DNA of 42,181 bases, taken from a virus. Taxonomy: Duplodnaviria; Caudoviricetes. Positions 35,077-42,181 of this stretch are shown here, in pieces; positions within the stretch are counted from its first letter, which is position 1; each line of letters opens with the position of its first letter. The notes under the pieces are model-generated. The model saw nothing but the letters and a program-made list of their open reading frames with translations, was not told the DNA's origin and made no database searches. Both the position numbers and the translations under genes were made by a program. The stretch spans positions 1 to 42,181 of IMG/VR virus record IMGVR_UViG_3300020043_002662; one strand, written 5' to 3'.

Positions 35077-36869
35077 GCAACACCTTGCTCAGTTTGTGGT
35101 TGACCTTGAGGTAGTAGTGAACTACCAAGTACAGGCGCACGTTGTTCAATCTCAGCTTCTTCTTGTAGACGCTCTTGTACACGTGCAAGCTCAGCTTGTT
35201 CATACAACTGGGCATAAGGTTTAAACACGTTGTAGGACTTCATGTTAGACAGAGACTCAACCATCTTAGCCGCAGACTCACCTTGTATGTGTGGCATGAT
35301 AATCTGGTTCAGAGGACTGTTTAACAAACCTAGTAGTGTTTGCACATCCTTAGCTTGTTGTGCGTAGTGCCTAGCCCCTACTGGTCGCAAAAGTCCAGAG
35401 GCAGTTAGGTCATCCTTAGTAATCTCCTCAAACAACTCTACACCTAACGAGTGGTCAATAACCTTAACAACATCAACTCTGTCCATGTTTCGTATAGAAG
35501 TCTCTAACATGGCATTAAGTTGCATCTCCATAAACTCAATTTCAAAGTGTATAGCTTTGTCAGTGAACATACGACTAGACGCATTATCTAGTGTAGAGAC
35601 TTCTAGTGCGGTTTTCTCACCAGGGGAGCGTATACCCATAGCCTCTCTAGGGGCACCGGCATACAACTCCATCTTGGCCTCAATCATGCCAATCTCATTG
35701 TTGGCTGTGATTAACCCAGACAAGTCCCTAGAGAGTGGCCTAACATCACCATTCTCATCCACACTAATCTCAACACCAGGCCCCCACTCAAACTCTTCAA
35801 CCTCACCAACTACAACCAGTGGTGGGTGAACTACTAAGTCCATAGCATCAGCTTTCAAGTTCTCTAGGTGGTCAATCCTGTATTGCATACCAACCAAATT
35901 GTCAAGAGGCCCCATTGCCCACAGGTTATCTTGACGATAGCGCCAACCAACATGGAAGATTGGTGCTGTATTAAACCAAGATGGTATTGGCTCTTTACGA
36001 ACAACAGTGTTTCTATCAGCAATTGTAATTACATAATTGTTTAACAACTCACCTGTTTGTGGGTTGTAGAAATCTCCAAAGAACTCTAAAACCTCTACAA
36101 CCTCACCTGTGAAGTAATCAAACATGTTACCAAAACCATCAGCCTGGTAACCTATAGCTTTACTAAAATCTTCAGACTTCATACCGTATACACAAGCGCT
36201 ATTCTTCATTCGCTTGTCTAAGAATTTTTTCCAACTAAACTGGTCAGAAACAACTTCACTAAGCTTCTTAATCTCGCCAATAGTTTTTAGTGAGCGTATA
36301 ATCTTTGGCGTACTTGCGAAGTCTTCAGCCATTGGATTAAACACAATGTCAAGAGGACTAATACGCACAGCTCGTGGCCCAATATAGATTGGAGTTTGCC
36401 TACCATCTGCTTCGGTCTTATACTCCGCTACAAACTCAACAGTACCAAAAGCATTGCCGAAATCAATATAGTCATAGACACTGCGAGAGATAGCTGTACG
36501 ATAGTGGTTTGATCGGCACTTATTTGCCATGTATTTTTCGATGACTTCAGCTTTTTCTCTTGCACTACTTTCATCAGTGTAACCCTCCCAACTTAACCAG
36601 TTATCATCTGGGAACAAAGTGTTCATATAATTAGAGTGCAAGTTATCTCTAATTTGACATAACTTAGGTGTGGTTGTGGTGTTCTTCCAAGGTAGTGAGT
36701 TGTTAGAGGTTGTGGTTGTGTCAGTAGCAAAGATATAGTTGCGAATCTCTTCCCACTCTCGTAGCTTAGGCTGCCTTTGTTGATTATACTTATCCCACAA
36801 GAATGACACCCACTTAGCATCATCCTCCTGTAAAAAACTATCTGGTATATCTACAACTTTCGTTGCCAT
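35073..36869 (-). CDS. portal protein
   Basis: 598 aa after TerL; DYIDFGN, RISPLDIVF, MGPLDNL.G.Q and G.R.PGEKTA motifs. Confidence 0.9.
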   Translation of the reverse strand: MATKVVDIPDSFLQEDDAKWVSFLWDKYNQQRQPKLREWEEIRNYIFATDTTTTSNNSLPWKNTTTTPKLCQIRDNLHSNYMNTLFPDDNWLSWEGYTDESSAREKAEVIEKYMANKCRSNHYRTAISRSVYDYIDFGNAFGTVEFVAEYKTEADGRQTPIYIGPRAVRISPLDIVFNPMAEDFASTPKIIRSLKTIGEIKKLSEVVSDQFSWKKFLDKRMKNSACVYGMKSEDFSKAIGYQADGFGNMFDYFTGEVVEVLEFFGDFYNPQTGELLNNYVITIADRNTVVRKEPIPSWFNTAPIFHVGWRYRQDNLWAMGPLDNLVGMQYRIDHLENLKADAMDLVVHPPLVVVGEVEEFEWGPGVEISVDENGDVRPLSRDLSGLITANNEIGMIEAKMELYAGAPREAMGIRSPGEKTALEVSTLDNASSRMFTDKAIHFEIEFMEMQLNAMLETSIRNMDRVDVVKVIDHSLGVELFEEITKDDLTASGLLRPVGARHYAQQAKDVQTLLGLLNSPLNQIIMPHIQGESAAKMVESLSNMKSYNVFKPYAQLYEQAELARVQERLQEEAEIEQRAPVLGSSLLPQGQPQTEQGVA

Positions 36870-36877
36870 ACATTCTC

Positions 36878-38491
36878 CTAGCGAACACCACCAAACCTAT
36901 TTCTAGTTGTAGTGCCTGGTTTAATTGATAATAAGTCTTTGACAGCCCCACCAACACCCTTACTTGGTGGTGTTGCTATTGCTATAGCTGAGGCTAGTGC
37001 ATCTTTAAGGTCATCATGTTGTGGCCTAGCAAGTACAAGCTCTTCTTCAAGTGCTGAAGTCCACCCACCTTCACAATGATAAATCTCCATATTGTCATAA
37101 CGGTGTTCAAGGGTTGCAGCAATACGCTCTTCTTTAGAACCTTCTTTGCGTGAGGGTCTATAATCTTCAATCTTAATTGTCATCCCGTCTTTGTTAATAA
37201 AATCCCTAATACCATTGACGATAATTTGTTGAGCAACTGTAACCTCAGCCCTTAACTTACTGAACCGCCATTTAGCATGTAACTGCTTAATGTGCTGGAA
37301 ATACTCAGAAGTTCTGTCTGACTTAAACCTGTCAATGTCGAGTACATAAATATTGCTATCGCAATCAATACCAACAACAACTATAGCTGTGTAGTCAGAA
37401 CCCTTCTTAAGTGAAAAGGCAAAGTCAATAGAAGCGTATATGTTTAGCTTTCTACCTTTGTACCACCACCTACCACTCTCTTTGTTTAACAAACGCGGGT
37501 TAAAATATTGAAACTTATCCCGACTAATCCTGTCACTCTGCGGGTCATTTGGGTTGTTATAATACTGAGCGTAGAATTGCACCTTATCTGCATACTCAGC
37601 TCTAATCCTAGCTAGTATCTGTTGGTTATAGCCAAATGCCTTACCGTCTTCTCTGACAGTTCTTGGCCAAATGTATATACCATCAGTTTCGACTTCCCTC
37701 TCAAAAATCTCCCAAACTTGTTGCTCATCCACTTTAAACCCATCGTCATCATACACTTCATAGACCTGCTCCTTCCAAGTGCTATAAACATCTCGTGGGT
37801 GATAGCGAGTACCACAAGCTAATGTAAACCCACCTGCATTGCGGATTGATGTGAACTGTGAGGATTTACGAGAGACACTCTCACGACCATCCTCTGTGTA
37901 AGCATTCTCAGGCACTACTAAGTCATCTGAGACAATAACATCAGCGTGCCAACCAGTTGTGTTTGTAGTTAAACCTGCTGTGTTTATTGTGCAGTCACGA
38001 ATCCCCTCTGACTTACGACGAACGTGATCAATACTAAGTGAAGTAGCTGACCACTTCTCTCTCTTACCTTCCTGTGGGTGTACATACTCAGGGAAGTATC
38101 TGCGGTATGTCGAACTGCCTAGCATGTTTTTTATTGCATACAGTTGTGTTTCAGCTAAACTAGCTGTAGCAGATACATACAATATTGTAACCTCTGGGTG
38201 ACGTGTAATAATCCATGCACACCAAGTAGCAACTATGTGACTCTTCAAATGACCACGAGGAAGCATTAACAACTTGTTAGCTGTTAAGGACTTCTCGTAA
38301 CCAAAGAGTGTGTAGTCTTGCAACCAGTTAAACACTTCCATGTGTACACGTCCGTAAACGTAACTTGGGTTAACGAGTCGAGCAAAGAAGGCTAGGTCTG
38401 ACAAAGCTCGTTCACGTAACTCGGAAGCCTGTGCTGGCATCTTTTTTAACTTGTTAGAGGCTTCATATAACCAATCTTCTTCTTGAGACAT
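36878..38491 (-). CDS. terL: terminase large subunit
   Basis: PRGHLKS Walker A, TG.H.D...DD Walker B, GTRYH..D.Y, DFA...DYTA and HDDLKDA nuclease motifs. Confidence 0.95.
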   Translation of the reverse strand: MSQEEDWLYEASNKLKKMPAQASELRERALSDLAFFARLVNPSYVYGRVHMEVFNWLQDYTLFGYEKSLTANKLLMLPRGHLKSHIVATWCAWIITRHPEVTILYVSATASLAETQLYAIKNMLGSSTYRRYFPEYVHPQEGKREKWSATSLSIDHVRRKSEGIRDCTINTAGLTTNTTGWHADVIVSDDLVVPENAYTEDGRESVSRKSSQFTSIRNAGGFTLACGTRYHPRDVYSTWKEQVYEVYDDDGFKVDEQQVWEIFEREVETDGIYIWPRTVREDGKAFGYNQQILARIRAEYADKVQFYAQYYNNPNDPQSDRISRDKFQYFNPRLLNKESGRWWYKGRKLNIYASIDFAFSLKKGSDYTAIVVVGIDCDSNIYVLDIDRFKSDRTSEYFQHIKQLHAKWRFSKLRAEVTVAQQIIVNGIRDFINKDGMTIKIEDYRPSRKEGSKEERIAATLEHRYDNMEIYHCEGGWTSALEEELVLARPQHDDLKDALASAIAIATPPSKGVGGAVKDLLSIKPGTTTRNRFGGVR

Positions 38492-38493
38492 AC

Positions 38494-38760
38494 TTAGATA
38501 CCAGCAGCCTTAGTTCGTCGTTTCAAACCAGTGATAAACTCACGCAGTTTCAAGTCTCGTTTACCAAGTATGCTAGTATCACCCTCACCTTGGTTTGGTT
38601 TTGCATACTGCTCAGTTTCAGAGACATCTGCTTGTGTAGGTTTATCAGGTTTACTTGCTGACGTATTTTTACCTTTTTGTTTTGGTTTACCAGTCTTAAT
38701 GTCAGTGTTAGTAATATCAAAACTTTGTTTCTTATTCTTTTTATCGTCTTTACCAGCCAT
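38494..38760 (-). CDS. basic low-complexity hypothetical protein
   Basis: GAGGAG RBS; Lys-rich 88-aa ORF. Confidence 0.7.
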   Translation of the reverse strand: MAGKDDKKNKKQSFDITNTDIKTGKPKQKGKNTSASKPDKPTQADVSETEQYAKPNQGEGDTSILGKRDLKLREFITGLKRRTKAAGI

Positions 38761-38797
38761 TGTTAGGCTCCTCTATTAAGTTCTAATTAAGTTTGAG

Positions 38798-39250
38798 TTA
38801 CAGTTTATAAGTTTTTAAATCTAATCCATTAGACTTGAGTGTCCACTTCAAAGAGTCTAGGTAGTTTCTATCAGTCAGTGTATGTTCCCAACTTGACTTA
38901 CCAAACATTCTTACAGCAGTGGCTACAAGGTTAGCACGAACTGAAAAACCACTAGACTGTATGAAATCTTGTAGAGAGTCGTCAGCTGTTTGTCTATCCA
39001 TTACATGACTAGTGTAGGCCCAGTCATGCAATAAAAAGCCATCAATAATATCTGGGTCAAACGGTGTAAATGTTGCTTGCCAAAAAAGTTTTGGTATTGA
39101 ACCCCCGTTAAACCAGAAACCTTTTGGCACAACGTAGTCAACACCATCGTTAGCTGTTACATGCCAATCTTGTAGTAGTGCATACCCCTTATCCTTTGGA
39201 TAGTATCTGCAACGCTCTGGTACTAAATTAGGACGACTTGTTACTAGCAT
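38798..39250 (-). CDS. DUF1353-family protein
   Basis: VPKGF..NGGSIP..FW...HDWAY...AD motif. Confidence 0.8.
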   Translation of the reverse strand: MLVTSRPNLVPERCRYYPKDKGYALLQDWHVTANDGVDYVVPKGFWFNGGSIPKLFWQATFTPFDPDIIDGFLLHDWAYTSHVMDRQTADDSLQDFIQSSGFSVRANLVATAVRMFGKSSWEHTLTDRNYLDSLKWTLKSNGLDLKTYKL

Positions 39251-39377
39251 CCCTATCACTCTCTAGCTTTTCCAAAAACTCTTTTGCAGCAATTAGTTTT
39301 GCTGCTGTCTTGGTATTCGTAGATACTGTTGCTGATACAAAGACAAGTTTCTTTAGCCAATCAATTATCTTTTTCAC
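39228..39377 (-). CDS. small protein in the lysis cassette, 49 aa
   Basis: Hand-translated MKKIIDWLKKLVFVSATVSTNTKTAAKLIAAKEFLEKLESDRDASNKSS; GTG start after GAGG. Confidence 0.55.
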   Translation of the reverse strand: MKKIIDWLKKLVFVSATVSTNTKTAAKLIAAKEFLEKLESDRDASNKSS

Positions 39378-39378
39378 A

Positions 39379-39888
39379 TCAAACCTCATTAGTAGAAATC
39401 ACACCTGTTGGTGATAGAAAGATACGGCGAACATTCTTAGGCTTGCCGATTGCGTACAGGTTACGAGAGGCAAGCAACCTACCTTTCTTAATACGTGTTA
39501 CACAAACCTTATCCCCTTGGTTGCCACCTAAGACATGGTAACACTCTAAGTCTTCACCAACATACAAACCTACATGCCCACCTGAACCACGCTCAAACAC
39601 TAATACACAACCAAGTTCAGGCTCGCAAGGACTCCCCCACTTCGCCCAATCACGCGCCCAAAGCGGCGATTTAGGGAGTGATTTGCCAGCTCGTTTGGCG
39701 ATCACCGCCATAAACAAACCGCACCAAGGAATCTCATCTTGTGTGTACTGTTTCAGGCCCACCTCTTTTGCCCACGAAAGTATCTCAGGGTTGTTGCCTG
39801 AACCGGCTTTCTCTGTCACACCGTATAGTTTCAATGCTTCTAGCAACATCCGTGGAGCAGATTCTTTTTTTAACCAGTTGTATGTCAC
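39379..39888 (-). CDS. endolysin, TIGR02594/CHAP-NlpC-like cysteine peptidase
   Basis: G..E..G...NP.I, DEIPWCG, AR.W..WG, GHVG and LGGNQ motifs. Confidence 0.88.
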   Translation of the reverse strand: MTYNWLKKESAPRMLLEALKLYGVTEKAGSGNNPEILSWAKEVGLKQYTQDEIPWCGLFMAVIAKRAGKSLPKSPLWARDWAKWGSPCEPELGCVLVFERGSGGHVGLYVGEDLECYHVLGGNQGDKVCVTRIKKGRLLASRNLYAIGKPKNVRRIFLSPTGVISTNEV

Positions 39889-40208
39889 AACACACCCGTT
39901 TTATTTTTGATAACTTTTTCCAGCACTTTTTCAAAAAAGAAAAGTGATCGTGTACCCATGTGTCCAGAAACAGCAACAAGAGCTGCGGTTAATATCTGCG
40001 GAAATGCTGATAGTTCACAGAGGTAAAAAGTAACAATTCCCACGAATGCAGATATAACTACCTCACCAATTAACTCAACGATGTTATGTGCCTTCGCCTC
40101 GCCGCGCTTTAATCGCTGAATAAAATTAACAACCCCTCCCCATACCGCGAGAAAAAGCACCCACGCATAAGTAACCACAGAATACCCAAGCGGGTCCTTA
40201 TCGATCAT
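39885..40208 (-). CDS. holin (LydA-like, 3 TM)
   Basis: KDP, WGGVV, SAF.G and SGHMG motifs; ATG at 40208 after GGAGGAG; directly upstream of the endolysin. Confidence 0.88.
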   Translation of the reverse strand: MIDKDPLGYSVVTYAWVLFLAVWGGVVNFIQRLKRGEAKAHNIVELIGEVVISAFVGIVTFYLCELSAFPQILTAALVAVSGHMGTRSLFFFEKVLEKVIKNKTGVL

Positions 40209-40233
40209 TTTCACTTCTCCTCCGTTTGCGCGA

Positions 40234-40485
40234 TTAACTTGCAGACGACGCTGGAACAACCTGCAAATAAAGCGGGTACGCAGGCTCCTCAGCATTCACC
40301 GCTGAAACTGTATCCCAGATCAAACCAGTCGGGTAGTTTTCTCCAGCGCCAATAAGCTTTATTAACTGCCTACCCGCGCCGCAGGGCGCATCGACTAATT
40401 CAAAATCCACACCGTTATGAATTGACAAACCAGAATAGTGTACACCGTTGAAAAGAAAAGGTACTGTGATATTGATTGCGTTCAT
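40234..40485 (-). CDS. hypothetical protein after the tail fibre
   Basis: GAGG RBS; 83-aa ORF. Confidence 0.65.
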   Translation of the reverse strand: MNAINITVPFLFNGVHYSGLSIHNGVDFELVDAPCGAGRQLIKLIGAGENYPTGLIWDTVSAVNAEEPAYPLYLQVVPASSAS

Positions 40486-40517
40486 GTTGTTTTTACCTCT
40501 GTTAAAAATTAAGTTGT

Positions 40518-41840
40518 CTACACTGTAGTTCCGATCAGCTTAAACTCATCTAAATTAGTCCTTTTTATTTTCACAAAATCACCCTGCGCTAAAATCAAAC
40601 TTCCACCCTTTGGTGGGATGATCGTCACACCACTGCCAGCAACAATAGTCAAACCGCCTGCGCCACGCGCTTCAATTTGATACTCAGCATTGGCCGGTAT
40701 TGCGGCCGTCGCGTTCGGCTGCACGGTTAAAGTTACGGCAGAAGCGTTGGAAAAATAATTGTAGGTTCCGTTGATTAAATCCGCGAGGTTGTATGTCGTT
40801 GAATTTTGTTCAAATACACGCGAGTTTGCAGCACCGTCAAGGAGCGGTCCCAAAATAAAACCAGCGGCTTCTGACATAAACGAAGGTTGAGCCCCATAAG
40901 CGGCTTTATTAAACTTTACCCCGCCTATGGTAATGTCAAAACCACTAAATAATGTTGAAACGTATTTAACCCCTTGTGTTAACGTGTTGATAACAGGAGT
41001 TACCACGCAATCAGCCGTACCGCCCACGAACGTCCACAAAGCCGCCGCGCTTTCTTCAGCGGTCATGGTGTAAGTAGAACCTGACCCCGTGTTGATAATT
41101 GCAATGCTGCGAGCTGCTAGTGTCTGTCCTTGCAGTTTCCAGACCACATCCTGCATCGAGTCGCCAGCAACAACCATAGTGTTCGTAGGTGTCCCAACTT
41201 GGGCTTCTGTCAACAACTCTTGTAAAGAAGTCTCTAAACTGCTTTGTACAACAGACCCCTCATACGGTTGGGAGAACACATACGATGTGTAAACCTCACC
41301 AGTTGATAAATCTTTAAACAAAGGTGTGGTACCTGGCTTAATAACCAAGGGTGTCCCTGTAACACCAACAAACTCTAAGTCATAAGGTCCATCATTGTGT
41401 ACATAAAACCTTACAGGCATTTCTGGTGCATTAGGGATGGTTACTAATGTACTACCAGACGAGTGAGGGTTTAAGAAGGATATTGACGTGTGAAGAGCTT
41501 CCGCCACAGTTAGGTTATATGTCAACTCCCCTAACAAGTCAATGACGAGTTGGTCAGTTGATAGAACCTCTAGCAGATTAAGTCTATCACCAAGACCTTC
41601 ATCTACGCCGGTGAACTCTCTCAAATATTGCACATTTACTGCTGATTGTGAATTATTTGGGTCAGTTGTCAAATTAAAGATGGAGTTACCATCCATGTCA
41701 ATGTCTTGATTCATGGTGTTACCACCACCTGCTGTATGCAAAACATCGTTATTAATATTATCTTCTAGTATGGTAAAGTTATCATTAACCTTATGTACAT
41801 TATACCCAGATTGTATGTCATTCAATGTTATAGCAGTCAA
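40518..41840 (-). CDS. tail fibre/spike protein
   Basis: N-terminus L.DI.SGY....NDNF...N.M..D.DM.GN.I.NL typical of podovirus fibres; mosaic beta-rich C-terminus. Confidence 0.75.
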   Translation of the reverse strand: MTAITLNDIQSGYNVHKVNDNFTILEDNINNDVLHTAGGGNTMNQDIDMDGNSIFNLTTDPNNSQSAVNVQYLREFTGVDEGLGDRLNLLEVLSTDQLVIDLLGELTYNLTVAEALHTSISFLNPHSSGSTLVTIPNAPEMPVRFYVHNDGPYDLEFVGVTGTPLVIKPGTTPLFKDLSTGEVYTSYVFSQPYEGSVVQSSLETSLQELLTEAQVGTPTNTMVVAGDSMQDVVWKLQGQTLAARSIAIINTGSGSTYTMTAEESAAALWTFVGGTADCVVTPVINTLTQGVKYVSTLFSGFDITIGGVKFNKAAYGAQPSFMSEAAGFILGPLLDGAANSRVFEQNSTTYNLADLINGTYNYFSNASAVTLTVQPNATAAIPANAEYQIEARGAGGLTIVAGSGVTIIPPKGGSLILAQGDFVKIKRTNLDEFKLIGTTV

Positions 41841-41841
41841 C

Positions 41842-42180
41842 TCACTTCACCTCTCTAAAATTACTTAAACGAACAACATCAGAAGTAAACTCTTCCTCAG
41901 CAATGAAGCCAGCCTTGCTAACTCTTTCTTTCTCAAGCTTAGAAGGTCGTCCAGCTCCACGCTTGTTCCAACCCCTATCAGCCAACCACTTAGCTGCTGA
42001 GTAGTTGCCAGTCTCAGACTCAACTAGCAACATCATTTCTTGGTGCGCCCTAGCTGCAAGCTTCAAATCAAGCTCTTCTCTCCACTCGTCAATGTGAACC
42101 TTTAACACTTTATTGTTACACATACGAGTCCATTGCTTCCAACCCAACAAGTATTCATTGACAAAGTTATACTCCGTTGG
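41842..42180 (-). CDS. putative terminase small subunit (5' end truncated by the window)
   Basis: Frame stays open to the window edge (PTEYNFVNEYLLGWKQW...WREEL...AAKWLA..GRPSK); heads the late arm. Confidence 0.6.
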   Translation of the reverse strand, partial: PTEYNFVNEYLLGWKQWTRMCNNKVLKVHIDEWREELDLKLAARAHQEMMLLVESETGNYSAAKWLADRGWNKRGAGRPSKLEKERVSKAGFIAEEEFTSDVVRLSNFREVK

Positions 42181-42181
42181 G

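Noticed and set aside
39329-41200. A second attC array in the compositionally foreign tail/lysis block
   Set aside because: No paired RYYYAAC/GTTRRRY boxes with intervening palindromes were seen between these genes

Overview
Most of the genome of a lytic, T7-supergroup podovirus with no single-subunit RNA polymerase in the window. The architecture resembles Zobellviridae and phiEco32/PaP3-type phages; this assignment comes from gene content, not from a database search. The left arm (+ strand, ~246-20320) holds early genes, a peptide-ligase cluster (ATP-grasp, glutamine amidotransferase, COOH-NH2 ligase, amidoligase, GGCT), dUTPase, ThyA, primase-helicase, an ECF sigma factor, PolA, nucleases and a class II RNR. 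The right arm (- strand, 20472-42181) holds TerS, tail fibre, lysis, TerL, portal, scaffold, capsid, tail and ejection genes. The two arms converge on a bidirectional terminator. The standout feature lies between thyA and the primase-helicase (~8473-10422): an integron-type array of six small gene cassettes with five complete attC sites, one truncated attC and an attI-like site, and no integrase in the window. The attC sites read canonically on the MINUS strand while every cassette gene is on the PLUS strand. The genes are therefore inverted relative to ordinary integron cassettes and appear wired into the phage replication operon.
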